A DNA stretch of 64,000 nt from Mobula hypostoma (lineage: Eukaryota). The notes under the pieces were generated by a model. It had not been told where the DNA came from and did no database searches. It saw only the letters and a program-made list of their open reading frames with translations. Where the stretch lies: contig NC_086097.1 in NCBI RefSeq assembly GCF_963921235.1, forward strand, positions 91,886,001-91,950,000, in the 5' to 3' direction. The position numbers and the translations under genes were made by a program. Shown one piece after another: positions 12,441-25,702 of the stretch. Within the stretch, counting starts at the first letter, position 1; every line of letters starts with the position of its first letter.

Positions 12441-15400
12441 ATCTAGAGGAATGATAGTACAATGGTTAAGTTGCTAGACTAGCATCAGAAACAATGGTGA
12501 CCACTCCTTCATCTACACTCCTTCCTGGCTGAACAAGGCATTTCATGTTTTCTCTCACTCTTTGAACATTTCCCTAACAACATTGTGGGCATACCCACGT
12601 CTCAAGGTCTGATGCAGTTCGAAAAGGCAGCTCACCCTCGCCTTCAAGGGCAATACGGAATGGGCAATTAAATGTTGACAGCCTCTGAAGCTCACATTGC
12701 TTAAATGAATAGTTAAAAGCAACAAATCTTTCAGAATATCTTAACTCTGGCACAGAGTCTGGCCCTGTGGCTCAGAAGGGTAGGGAAAGGAAGAGGATGG
12801 CAGCAGTGATTGGGAACTCTATAGTTAGGGGGTCAGATGGGCGAGATAGGTTATTTGTTTAGAATACTGTACAGACAGTAAATATGTGTGTGAGGCCAAT
12901 TTTCTGTGCTCAGTGTCAGATGTGGGAGGTCCTGGAGACTCCAGGCTTCCCGGATGACCACATCTGCACCAGGTACATCGAGCTGCAGATCCTTAGAGAC
13001 CGCGTTAGGGAACTGGAGCTGCAGCTCGATGACCTTCATCTGGGCAGGGAGAGTGAGGAGGTGATAAAGAGGAGCTATAGGCAGGTAGTCACCCCAGGAC
13101 CACAGGAGACAGAGAAGTGGGTAACAGTCCGGAGAGGGAAGGGCAAGAAGCAGATGCTAGAGAGTACCCCAGTGGCCGTCCCCCTTAACAATAAGTACTC
13201 CTGTTTGAGTACTGTTGGGGGAGACAGCCTACCTGGGGGAAGCAACAGTGGTCACGCCTCTGGCACAGAGTTGGTCCTGTGGCTCAGACGGTGAGGGACA
13301 GGAGGAGGATGGCAGCAGTGATAGGGGACTCTATAGTTAGGGGGTCAGACAGGTGATTCTGTGGACGCAGGAAAGAAATACGGATGGTAGTTTGCCTCCT
13401 AGGTACCAGGGTTCGGGATGTTTCTAATCATGTCCACGATATCTTGAAGTGGGAAGGAGAACAGCCAGAGGTTGTGGTACATATTGGTACCAATGACATA
13501 GGTAGGAAAAGGGAGGAGGTCCTGAAAACAGACTACACGGAGTTAGGAAAAAGTTGAGAAGTAGGACCTCAAAGGTAATAATCTCGGGATTACTGCCTGT
13601 GCCACGTGACAGTGAGTATAGGAATAGAATGAGGTGGAGGATAAATGCGTGACTGAGGGATTGGAGCAGGGGGCAGAGATTCAGATTTCTGGATTATTGG
13701 GACCTCTTCTGGGGCAGGTGTGACCTGTACAAAAAGGATGGATTGCACTTGAATCCGAGGGGGACCAATATCCTGGCTATTGGGGAGAGTTTAAATTAGA
13801 ATTGCTGGGGGGTGGGAACCGAACTGAAGTGACGGAGGAAAGGGAGGTTGGCTCAAAAATGGAGAAAGTTTGGAGACAGTGCAAAACAGAGGATAGGCAG
13901 GTGATAGAGAAGGGATGCACTCAGACTGATGGTTTGAGATGTATCTATTTTAATGCGAGGAGTATTATGAATAAAGTGGGTGAGCTTAAAGTGTGGATCA
14001 GCACTTGGAGCTATGATGTTGTGGCCATTACGGAGACTTGGATGGTGCAGGGGCAGGAATGGCTACTTCAGATGCCGGGCTTTAGCTGTTTCAGAAGGGA
14101 CAGGGAGGGAGGCAAAAGAGCTGGGAGCATGGCACTGTTGATCAGAGATAGTGTCACGGCTGCAGAAAAGGAGAAAGTCATGGAGGGATTGTCCACGGAG
14201 TCTCTGTGAGTGGAAGTTAGGAATAGGAAGGGGTCAATAACTCTACTGGGTGTTTTTTATAGACCACCCAATAGTAACAGGGACATCAAGGAGCAGATGG
14301 GAGACAGATTCTGGAAAGGAGTAATAATAACAAGGTTGTTGTGGTGGGAGATTTTAATTTCCCAAAAATTGATTGGCATCTCCCTAGAGTGAGGGGTTTA
14401 GATGGGGTGGCGTTTGTTAGGTGTGTTCAGGACCGTTTTTTGACACAATATGTAGATAAGCCTACAAGAGGAGAGGCTGTACTTGATCTGGTACTTGAAA
14501 TGAACCTGATCAGGTGTCAGGTCTCTCAGAGAGACAGCATTTTGGAGATGGTGATCACAATTCTATCTCCTTTACCATAGCATTGAAGAGGGAAAGGAAT
14601 AGACAAGTTAGGGAATTGTTTAATTGGAGAAAGGGGGAATATGAGGCTATCAGGCAGGAACTTGGAAGCATAAAATGGAAACAGATGTTCTCAGGGAAAC
14701 ATATGGAAGAAATGTGGCAAACATTCAGGAGATACTTGCGTGGGGATCTGTGTCAATACATTCCACTTAGACATGGAAAGGATGGTAGGGTACAAGAACC
14801 ATGGTTTACAAAGGCTGCTGTAAATCTAGTCAAGAAAAGAAGAGCTTATGAAAGGTTCCAAAAACTAGGTAATGATGGAATCTATAAGATTATAAGGCTA
14901 GCTGTAAGGAACTTAAGAATGAAATTAGGAGAGCCAGAAGGGACCATGAGAAGGCCTTGGCGGACAGAATTAAGGAAAACCCCAAGGTATTTTACAAGTA
15001 TGTGAAAAGCAAAAGGATAAGACGTGAGAGAATGGGACCAATCAAATGTGACAGTGGAAAAGTGTGTATGGAAACAGAAGCAATAGCAATGGTACTTAAT
15101 GAATACTTTGCTTCAGTATTCATTACCAAAAGGGATCTTGGCGATTGTAGGGATGACTTGCAGCAGACTGAAAAGCTTGAGCATGTAGCTATTAAGGAAG
15201 AGGATGTGCTGGAGCTTTTGGAAAGCATCAAGTTGGGTAAGTCACCGGGACCAGATGATATGTACCCCAGGCTACTGTGGGAAGCGAGGGAGGAGATTGC
15301 TGAGCCTCTGGCGATGATCTTTGCATCATCAATGAGGATGGGAGAGGTTCCGGAGGATTAAGGGTTTGCAGATGTTGTTCCCTTATTCAAGCCCAGGAAA

Positions 15401-15972
15401 TTATAGACCAGTGAGTCTTACTTCAGTGGTTGGTAAGTTGATGGAGAAGATCCTGAGAGGCAGGATTTATGAACATTAGGAGAGGCATAATATGATTAGG
15501 AACAGCCAGCATGGCTTTGTCAAAGGCAGGTCATGCCTTACGAGCCTGATTGAATTTTGAGGATGTGACTAAACTCATTGATGAAGGTAAAGCTGTATAT
15601 GTAGTGTATATGGATTTTAGCAAGGCATTTGATAAGGTACCCTATGAAAGGCTTATTGAGAAAGTAAGGAGGGATGGAATCCAAGGGAACATTGCCTTGT
15701 GGATCCAGAACTGGCTTGCCCACAGAAGGCAAAGAGTGGTTATAGATGGGTCATATTCTGCATGGAGGTCAGTGACCAGTGGTGTGCCTCAGGGATCTGT
15801 TCTGGGACCCCTACTCTGTGATTTTTATAAATGACCTGGATGAGGAAGTGGAGGGTTGGGTTAGTAAATTTGCTGATGACACAAAGGTTGTGGATAGTGT
15901 GGAGGGCTGTCAGAGGTTACAGCGGGACAGTGAAAGGATGCAAAACTGGTCTGAGAAGTGGCAGATGGAGTT

Positions 15973-16827
15973 TGTTACATACTTCATGGATATCTTGTGA
16001 TTGTCTTATGAGGATGATGTAATGGTCTTGGAGGTCACATGATGTAATTTTCCTGCCGATGTGAGGTCACGTGATGACCTGTTCTCACCAGGTATGTAAG
16101 TGTAGACCCCTGGTGACGCAGTTAGTTTTCAGTTAGATCGTCAATCAAATACTCCGCTATGCTGCTTATTAATCTCATGATGCAGTATAGTTTTAAAATG
16201 GAGTTTTACTTTCTATTGTAAGGTACAAAAGTGTTGGGCCGGCAGTTTAACCAATCGCTGCCAGGTTTGTTAATGTAGCTTTTCAGTGATATTGGAGAGT
16301 TAAGACAGGAACCTGAAGGAGTTCGGCAGTTTTAGAGAGGATTGACCATTATTGAATTCGTACAAGAGTGGTTTGCATGAGATAGCCTCTGCTAAAAGCA
16401 GCAGAAAAGGCTGTGCAGTACCTAGTCTACAGAGGGAAAGGTCAGTGCCTTTAAACCGTTTTATTTCCGTCGTCGTGAATCCTGCAGACAAGGCAGGAAC
16501 TGGCTGGGATTGACAGTAACGTCATGTCTTCGAGGAATTCTTTACTTCAGGAAAGTCTCTCCTAATTAACTGTATAAATTTCGTGGACTTTCAAATTTAC
16601 CATTCTAAGAACTATGTTTGAATTTACCACTTTAAGAACTGTTCTTGCATTTATCGCTTTAAGAGCTAGTACTGAGTGGCAGTTTGTTAAATGGCCTCAT
16701 AGCAGTTTACTTCCGGTTAAGGTTTTTGATTGTTTCTTTTTACTAATTTTGAGCAGAGTTTAATAAATGTTTATTTGTTTATAAAACCTGACTCATTTCT
16801 ATATTCATTGTTGCCGGTCGTGTGACA
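15973..16827 (+). repeat. 5' LTR (855 bp)
   Basis: TGTTACATAC...GTGACA; near-identical to 21748-22594; AATAAA near the 3' end. Confidence 0.95.
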
Positions 16828-16832
16828 TAATT

Positions 16833-16843
16833 TGGGGGCACGT
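16833..16843 (+). promoter_or_regulatory. Degenerate primer-binding site, probably tRNA-Pro
   Basis: TGGGGGCACGT just after the 5' LTR; 10/11 match to TGGGGGCTCGT, the complement of the tRNA-Pro 3' end. Confidence 0.6.
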
Positions 16844-16958
16844 TGAAATCTGTTCCGATTTTTGAGCTTAAGTGCTTGCTTAATTATCATTCCTGATTTG
16901 CAAAAGGGAAATACCCAATTCTTTTGTTTGATTGGCATGTGGGTAGTATTCGGCAGCA

Positions 16959-18311
16959 ATGAATATTGACGACTTTATGGAATCACCAAACCCGGAGTTT
17001 TTGGCAAAGGTGAATAAGGGTGATGTATCCGAAATTGCTAGAAGGTTGGACCTTAAAGGAATTACGAAGGTTACAACAAAGCCTGTAATTCAGAGAAAAA
17101 TCACAGAACATTATATGCATTTGGTTGTTTTTGATGAAGTGGAGTTAGATAGGTTCCCTGTAAGTAAAGCAGTGATCCAGTTACACCTGGAACATGTAGC
17201 ATTAGAAAAGCTTAGAGTAGAAGCTGACTTAAAACAGAAACAATTAGAAGCTGACTTGGAATGATGTTGGTTAGAAGCTGCAAATAAACAGAGGGAATTT
17301 GAAGAAAGAAAAGCAGATAAAAGGAGGGAGTTTGAGCTACAGATGGAGAAATTAAAATCAGAGCTTCAGGCTTCTGGTTCTAAGAAACAGTTTATTGCTA
17401 GTTGTGAGGTTATTTTGGGTCCTCCATTTAGTGAAACAGAAGTGGACAAATATTTCCAATATTTCGAAACTATTGCTCTGAGTTTAGAGTGGCCGAAAGA
17501 GCGATGGCCAGTGATGTTACAAAGTGTAATTAAAGGCAAGGCACAACAAGTTTATACAGCTTTAAATGCTGAGCAAGCACTGGATTATGATATTGTCAAA
17601 CAGCATATATTGAAGGCATATGAGCTGGTTCCAGAAGCGTATAGAGAAAGATTCAGAAATTTGAAGAAATCTGTGGAAAATACTTATGTGGAATTTGCCT
17701 ACAAGAAATCTCTGTGTTTTGAGAGATGGGTTTCCTCTAAAAGTGTGAATGGGGAGTATAATAAATTAAGAGAGTTGATTTTACTGGAGGAATTTAAAAG
17801 GAGCATTCCTGTTGAAGTGAGGACATACTTAAATGAAAGGGACACTGCTACATTGCAGGAGTCTGCTAAATTAGCTGATGAGTATGCTTTAATCCATAAG
17901 AATAAATTTTCTCCAGGTAGGACTTTTAAAAGGAAAAATAGCACAGAGAGTCAAGGTAAATCAGAAATCAAATCTGAAGTTAGTGAGAAAGGTAAGGATG
18001 AAGGGAGACATGTGAAGGAAAGACAGTTTGGTCTTATTTGTAATTATTGTAAGAAACCTGGACATGTAATAGCTAACTGTTTTCGATTGAAAAAGAAAGA
18101 GAAGGAAGCAGTCCCAGCTGCTTGTGTGAAGCATATTGAAACACCTGTAAATCCACAGGGTTCGATAAATACCAATGAAGTTTTGTCAGAGTCTGATCAA
18201 GTTAAGAGGGGATATGAACATTTTATAACCAAAGGATTTGCATCCTTGAAAGAGGGATCCAATCTTGTACAAATAAAAATACTTAGAACACTGTCTACCA
18301 TTAGTGATTGA
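16959..18311 (+). pseudogene. gag: Retrotransposon gag with SCAN-like capsid C-terminal domain and CCHC zinc knuckle
   Basis: PEAYRERFR...LILLEEFKRSIP...AKLADEY (17631-17885); CNYCKKPGHVIANC (18039-18080); internal stop at 17262-17264. Confidence 0.85.
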
Positions 18312-18879
18312 GAAGCTCCGGTATCTCTAAAGTTTAGTGATGAGTCTGACATTGGTGAGGTAACCTACATAAGAGGAGTTGGGAGTGCCCTGATGCCAGT
18401 ATATTTGCATAGAGTAAATTTAAGGTCAGGGTTAGTTACAGGGCTTGTTAAAGTAGGACTACAACCCAGCTTACCTGTGAATGATGCTTCTCTTTTGTTA
18501 GGGAATAACTTAGCAGATGGACTAGTTTTTCCTGAAGTGCATTTCACAATAAAGCCTAATTCTGAGGAACCACAGAGGGATTCTAACACATATTCATCCT
18601 GTGTTGTAACCCGAGCTATGGCTAAAAAGACTGGTGTACAGGATGAGGTTGTTACCCATGATTGTTCAACTCGGGATGTGAATTTTGAGGATGTGTCAGA
18701 AACTTTCTTACCTTCATTATTTGATCAGGAATTTGGTGGTAAGTCTGACCATGAAGATTTGTCTTTATCACGGAAGGAGATGATAGCAGAGCAGGGTAGG
18801 GATCCTGAGATAGTTAAATTAAAGGAACAAGCTCTTCCAGATAGTGAAATTGAGAAAGTGGCAGTAGGATATTATTTTG

Positions 18880-20010
18880 AAAAGGGAGTATTAATGAGAA
18901 AGTGGAGATCACCTACAATTCCTGCTAGTGAGGAATGGGAAGTTAATCACCAGGTAGTAGTTCCTAAAGTTTATCGAAATGAGATTTTAACTATGGCTCA
19001 TAGTATGCCTTTGGGTGGCCATCTAGGTGTAAAGAAAACTATGAACAAGGTTTTCAAACATTTTTACTGGCCTAGTTTGAGAAAAGATGTGGCGACATTT
19101 TGCAGGATGTGTCATACTTGTCAAATTGTGGGTAAACCTAATTAAGTTACTTCAGTGGTCCCACTGCAACGGATTCCAGCACCTGGTGAGCCATTTTCCA
19201 AAATTATTATAGATTGTGTTGGCCCATTGCCAAAAACTAAAACTGGACATCAATATTTGCTGACCATTATGTGCACAGTGTCTAGGTTTCCAGAGGCAAT
19301 ACCTCTTAGGAATATAACAGCCAAAACTATGACAAAGGCTCTTATAAAATGTTTTACTTATTTTGTGTTGCCTAAGGAAATACAATCTGATCAAGGTAGT
19401 AATTTTATGTCTGGATTATTTCAGCAGATAGTTTATAAACTGGGAGCAAAACAGATTACCTCATCTGCATAACATCCAGAATCACAAGGAGCCTTGGAGA
19501 GATTCCATTCTACCCTCAAAACTATGATTAGGACATATTGTGCGGAAAATGAAAAGGACTGGGATGAAGGTGTACATTTACTACTTTTTGCAGTACGAGA
19601 GGCAGTACAGGAATCATTAGGTTTTAGTCCTTTTGAACTTGTCTTTGGGGATAGAGTTCGAGGACCTTTGGCCTTGTTGAAAGATCAGTGGGTTAATAAA
19701 GAGGTACACACTAATTTGCTGGATTTAGTTTTGAAATTCAAAGAAAGATTACATAAACCTTGTAGCTTGGCCAAGGAAAAATTAAAATTGGCTCAGGAGA
19801 AGATGAAAACTTGGTATGATAAGGAAGCTAGGATGAGGTCATTTAAGCCTGGAGATAAGGTGTTGGTTCTTTTCCCGGTGCAAACGAACCCATTACAAGC
19901 TAAATTTCATGGTCTTATGAGATTAAATCTAAAGTAAATGAAGTGGTTACGTGATAAAAACTCCAGATCGAAGAAAGCCAACTCAGCTGTGTCATATAAA
20001 TATGATAAAA
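18880..20010 (+). pseudogene. Integrase of the Gmr1-like element
   Basis: HHCC finger (AHSMPLGGHLG...CRMCHTCQ), DCVGPLP, SDQGSNF, ERFHSTLK, and a degraded GPY/F-like module; interrupted by stops. Confidence 0.9.
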
Positions 20011-20219
20011 CTGTATCATGAGAGAGAGGATGCTACTATGACTGTTGTGGTCAATAATGAGTCTGATCTTTCTAAAAACTTAATGGATGATTCATCTGAA
20101 ACTCATTTTAAACCCAACATTATTTCAGCCAGATTACCAAATTCAACAATTCTAGAAAATATTGATGAGAAATTAGCTCATTTATAGCCAAAGCAGAGAG
20201 ATCAGATAAAACAGTTAAT

Positions 20220-21560
20220 TTTTTAAAGATATAGATTTATTTCCAGACTTTCCTAGAAGAACCACTGTAGCTTCACATGATGTAGATGTTGGAGGTGCAA
20301 AACCCATAAAACAATATCCGTATCAGATGAACAAGGAAAAATGTGAACTTGCTAAACAAGAAATTAAGTATATGTTAGAGAGTAATATTACTAGACCTTC
20401 TAATTCGAATTGGAGTTCACCGTGTGTTATGGTGCCTAAGCCAGACAATAGTATTACGTTTTGTACAATTTACAGGAAGTTGAATGCGGTGACAAAAACT
20501 GATGCATATCCAATCCCTAGGGCAGATGATTGTGTGGATAAAGTTGGACAAGCAAAGTTCCTTACAAAGATTGATTTGTTAAAAGGTTATTGGTATGTTC
20601 CACTGACGGATAGAGGTAGAGAGATTTCTGCATTTGTAACTCCATCTGGGTTATATAAATATAATGTTCTTCCATTGGAGATGAAGAATGCACCAGGTAC
20701 TTTCCAGAAGATGATTAGTAGTGTGATTCATGGATTAAAAGACACAGATGCCTATATTGATGATTTAGTTCCAGGAAATAATACTTAGAAAGCACATATT
20801 ACTGCAGTGGAGAAACTATTTCACAGACTTTCAAAAGCTAACTTCACTATTAACTTAGCTAAAAGTGAATTTGGTTATGCCATGGTAACCTACCTTGGTT
20901 ATATTGGGGGTCAAGGAAAATGAGCTCCTGTTCAGGCAAAAATTCAGGCAATTTTAGAAATACATACTCCAACTGGTAAGAAAACTCTCAGAAGATTCTT
21001 GGGTATTGTAGAATATTACAGAAAATTTTGGAAGAATTTTGCAAACATTGTTCTTCCATTAACTAACCTCTTGAAGAAAAATGAAAAGTTTGTTTGGACA
21101 GAGCCTTGTCAAGAGGCCTTTGATAAATTGAAAACTATAATATGAAGTCAACCCGTGCTCAAAACCCTTGACTTTGAAAAAAACATTTTTCTTAGCTGTA
21201 GATGCTAGTGATGAAGCTTCAGGAGCAGTGTTACTTCAAAGGGATGAGGGTGATGAAGTTGATCGTCTGGTAGCTTACTTTTCTAAGAAATTTAATACCC
21301 ATCAAAGAAATTGGTCAACCATAGAAAAGGAATTGTTATCTCTTGTTTTAGCTTTACAACATTTTGAAGTGTATGTTGGTACTACTCAGAAACCACTCAT
21401 AGTTTACACCGATCATAATCCGTTAGTGTTTTTGAGTAAGATGAAAAACAAAAATAGAAGATTATTAAATTGGAGTTTGATGTTACAGGAATATAATATT
21501 TTGATAACTCATATTAAAGGTAAAGATAATGTGATCGCTGATTGTACATTTAACATCTAG
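20220..21560 (+). pseudogene. Reverse transcriptase and RNase H of the Gmr1-like element
   Basis: SNWSSPCVMVPK, YRKLNAVT, KIDLLKGYW, AYIDD; RNase H motifs LAVDAS, IEKELL, VYTDHNPL, HIKGKDNVIAD. Confidence 0.92.
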
Positions 21561-21747
21561 ATAAACAATGTAAATTTTTTATGGAGTGATATTTTAACCT
21601 TTGTAACACTCCGACTGTATATTAGTTTGTAAAAGGCTGTATAATGATACTATGTATATTGTAAATTTTATACATTTGTTTTTTTTGTAAATACTTAATT
21701 GTTAAAATTTTGCTATTAAAAAGACCAAAATTTTTTTTGGAGGGAGG

Positions 21748-22594
21748 TGTTACATACTTCATGGATATCTTGTGATTGTCTTATGAGGATGATGTAATGG
21801 TCTTGGAGGTCACATGATGTAATTTTCCCACCAATGTGAGGTCACGTGATGACCTGTTCTCAGCAGGTATATAAGTGTAGACCCCTGGTGACATAATTAG
21901 TTTTCAGTTAGATCGTCATATACTCCACTACACTGCTTATTAATCTCATGACGCAGTATAGTTTTAAAATGGAGTTTTACTTTCTATTGTAAAGTACAAA
22001 CGTGTTGGGCCAGCAGTTTAACCAATCGCTGCCAGGTTTGTTAATGTATCTTTTCAGTAATATTGGAGAGTTAAGACAGGAACCTGAAGGAGTTCGGCGG
22101 TTGTAGAGAGGATCGACCATTATTGAATTCGTACAAGAGTGGTCTGCATGAGAAAGCCTCTACTAAAAGCAGCAGAAAAGGCTGTGCAGTATCTAGTCTA
22201 CAGAGGGAAAGGTCAGTGCCTTTAAACTGTTTTATTTCTGTCGTGGTGAATCCTGCAGACAAGGCAGGAACTGGCTGAGATCGATAGTAACGTCGTGTTT
22301 TCGAGGAGTTCTTTACTTCAGGAAAGTCTCTCCTAATTGACTGTATAAATTTCTTGGACTTTCAAATTTACCATTCTAAGAACTGTGTTTGAATTTACCA
22401 CTTTAAGAACTGTTTTTGCATTTATCGCTTTAAGAACTAGTACTGAGTGGCAGTTTGTTAAATGGCCGCATAGCAGTTTACTTCCGGTTAAGGTTTTCAT
22501 TTTTTTTTACTAATTTTGAGCAGAGTTTAATAAATGTTTATTTGTTTATAAAACCTGACTCATTTCTATATTCATTGTTGCCAGTCACGTGACA
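21748..22594 (+). repeat. 3' LTR (847 bp)
   Basis: TGTTACATAC...GTGACA; preceded by the polypurine tract GGAGGGAGG (21739-21747). Confidence 0.95.
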
Positions 22595-23329
22595 AGTTCA
22601 ACGCAAATAAGTGTGAGGTGGTTCATTTTGGTAGGACAAGTATGATGGCAGAATATAACATTAATGGTAAGACTCTTGGCAGTGTGGAGGATCAGAGGGA
22701 TCTTGGGGTCTGAGTCCATAGGACACTCAGAGCTGCTACACAGGTTGACTCTGTGGTTAAGAAGACATACAGTGCATTGGCCTTCATCAATCGTGGGATT
22801 GAGTTTAAGAACCGAGAGGTAATATTGCAGCTGTATAGGACCCTGGTCAGACCCCACTTCGAGTACTGTGCTCAATTCTGGTCGCCTCACTCTAGGAAGG
22901 ATGTGGAAACCTTAGGGTGCAGAAGAGATTTACAAGGATGGTGCCTGGATTGGGGAGCATGCCTTATGAGAATAGGTTGAGTGCACTCGACCTTTTCTCC
23001 TTGGAGCAATGGAGGATGTGAGGTGACCTGATAGAAGTGTACAAGATAATGAGAGGCATTGATCGTGTGGACAGTCAGAGGCTTTACACAGAGTGGTGAG
23101 CGTGTGGAATGGGCTGCCAGTAGCAGTGGTGGAGGCGGAAACAATAGGTTCTTTTAAGGGACCTATCTGGATAGGTACATGGAGCTTAGAAAAATAGAGG
23201 GCTATGGGTAAAGCCTCGGTAGGTCTAAGGTAGGGACATGTTCGGCACAGCTTTGTGGGCCGAAGGGCCTGTATTGTTTTCTATGTTTTTTTAACCTAAA
23301 AATTAATCAGCAACTCTGGTAAAGATACC

Positions 23330-23820
23330 GTACTGTACAAAAATCTTTGCCACATATATAGAGCCAGGGTGCCCAAGACTTCTGCACAGTACTGTAATTG
23401 TATGTATTGCACTGTACTGCTGCCGCAAAAAAAATGACATATGATAATCCTGATTCTGATCTGGGTCTCTATTGTGGACGGAGAGTGGGAAGGGGGCAGG
23501 GAGAGGGGAATCATGGTTGGGAAAAGGGAAGGGGAGAGGGGAGGGAGCAGGAAACACCAGAGAGACATTCTGCCGTGCTTAATAAACCAATTGTTTGGAA
23601 TCAAATGACTTGTTGTCTCGGGATTAGCTGTGTCTGTATCCATGCCACCCCCCACCCCTGGCACTTCCCTGCCACCTGTCCCACACCCTTCCTGTAGCAT
23701 TCCACCCTCACCATTTCCAACATCATTTGCATACACTGGATTTGCAAACTCTGCTCCATGTTGACAAATGCCGTACTGTGCTAAAGTCTTAGGCACCCTA
23801 GCTCTATATATGTACCCAAT
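23330..23820. repeat. Interspersed repeat with palindromic TACTGT(G/A)CAAAA...TGCACAGTA modules; inverted copy at 48000-48470
   Basis: The two regions are reverse-complement similar (aataaaccaattgtttggaatcaaatgac versus gtcatttgattccaaatgattggtttatt). Confidence 0.7.
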
Positions 23821-25702
23821 TGTATACTATTCTGAACAGAATTCAGTAGATCTTGTATTCCTTCTGAATGCAGGAAATGAACAGAAGGCTCTGCCTCAGA
23901 ATTTGGAAACAGAAACCATCAGCGAACCATGCAATATGCTGGCTGCCTTCATTGAGTTTATCTCTGTAATACTAAGTACATTCATTCAACTTGTGAGCAC
24001 ATCTTGTTGGACAAAATTGGTCAAGAGACCCAAGTGAGATGGGTTGAGGTGTCCTTTGTCTCATTAAAATTATTAGAGAGCGGAAAAAATCTCCTTTAGT
24101 AGTAAAGTCATGGTTGGCACCCACATGGAGATGTCTTGAAGAGTTAATAGTGGACTTGTTTATTAAGAACCCACTTAACTATTTTGGCTAATAGGTGTCT
24201 CAGATGAACTAACTGAGGGTGGCATCTGTATAAGTTTATGTGGAGTGGTCTATTCTTGGGTAATCCCAGTAGTTGTGTTTTCAGAAAGAGAATATGGCAA
24301 GTAAAATGCTGTTATCCTTACTCAAAGTAAGCTAAGCAAATTTTGTGGTGACATAAATTGTAGGTCCATTGTCAAAGTATTTGAATCAGTTGCAAAATAT
24401 CCTGCTTGAAAAGGTAGTTGTTTTGTTTGAAAAAGTGAATGGGAACAAATAATATGGACAAAGATAATGCAGGCAATTGATCCACTGTTGGCAAAATTGA
24501 CATTGTGCCCAACAATGTCCTTTGTAGCAGTCTGGCTCTTACTACTTGTTTGCAGTACACACATGCTTGGATTCTAACCTGTGAGTCAGCCTTTGACTGC
24601 TTGCAATTGAATAGATTCAGCTGGTATGGAGGACCATCACAAAATTAAAAGAAAACATGAATACTGCTGGGATAGCAGGCAGTGTGATGTTTGCCTCTGC
24701 TCACCATCTGCTCACAGGGAGAGTTTGGGAAGAAGGGCTCAGTTCAGAGAAGGCACAATGCTTCCATAGTTTACGGTACCCTATCCCACTACCAAGTCTG
24801 CAATTTGAGCAAGCCTTTATGTTCACTCTGCCTACTTACCCGTGCAAAGGTGGAATACAACGAATTGCCTGAACTTGTATAGAGAGTCTGAGTAAGCTCC
24901 TAGTTAGTGTAATGCAAGCTGTGAGATGACCCTTCTCTGTCTAGCAGTTGCTGTAAGAATGCAGGTGCATTAAACATGAATAGCCATTGTCACTTTGATT
25001 AATGCTGACAATGTAGTCCTTGCCCTGCTTTTAGGTAAACAGTTTTTGGAGCATGCTCAGAACCCTCCTAAGCAAAGCAAAGCTGTTTTATTTATCAGCC
25101 TCTGCTGACAATGAAGTAAGAGAATCAACTCCTAAATGCCCTAAAGAACGTAGCTGCTGTTAGAGCTGTACATCCTTCTCTAGCAGTTTGTCCTGTTATT
25201 TATATTCTCTTTTCATTCTCCTAGTCACACTTTTCTCACTACGAGTCTTACATTCACCAATAAAGCACTTCAGTGCCATCCATACAACTACTTATGATTA
25301 ACTGGAACATCAGGCATAGAGGAAGGCTCTGTAAATCGATGGAATTTCACCAACAGCCAGAATAAATAAGAGTGTATCTCCCAATCCCTCTAGGTATTAA
25401 TAGTGGTGTGTGATAGGTTAAGTGAGTGGAAAGGAGTTAGTGCGTGCAATGAAATATAGGAAAGTGACAAGTTATCCACTTTGGATATTGTTATTTGAAT
25501 TGAACAAGACTACAGAATGCTGTGTTATGAAGGGTTTTCTCTAGCTTCGCACACGGAACAGAACTGGTTGACACAGGGATCCAGCAAACAATTAAGGTTA
25601 GTGGAATGTTAGTCTTTATTGTAAGGGATACTGAAGTTTTGATGCAAGGACATTGTAAAATTGTATCAAAACTTTTGTGTCAAGAGTTTTGATCTCCACA
25701 TA

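Larger units (their letters stand above)
15973..22594 (+). mobile_element. Full-length decayed Ty3/gypsy LTR retrotransposon of Gmr1 type (gag-PR-IN-RT-RH)
   Basis: Two ~850-bp direct LTRs with TG...CA ends; 4-bp TSD AGTT (15969-15972 and 22595-22598); PBS and PPT present; integrase motifs precede the RT YIDD and RNase H DAS motifs; many stops and frameshifts. Confidence 0.95.
12745..23295 (+). mobile_element. Near full-length CR1 LINE split by the gypsy insertion (12745-15972 plus 22595-23295)
   Basis: ORF1 with Cys motif and SGNH-esterase-like region; ORF2 with APE endonuclease (YFNARSI, AITETW, YRPP, GDFN) and RT (DFSKAFD, GVPQGSVLGP, KFADD). Removing the LTR element restores WQMEFNANKCEV. 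Confidence 0.93.

Noticed and set aside
23296..23796. 166-aa minus-strand ORF
   Set aside because: It falls within an interspersed repeat that has a non-open inverted copy at 48.0-48.5 kb.
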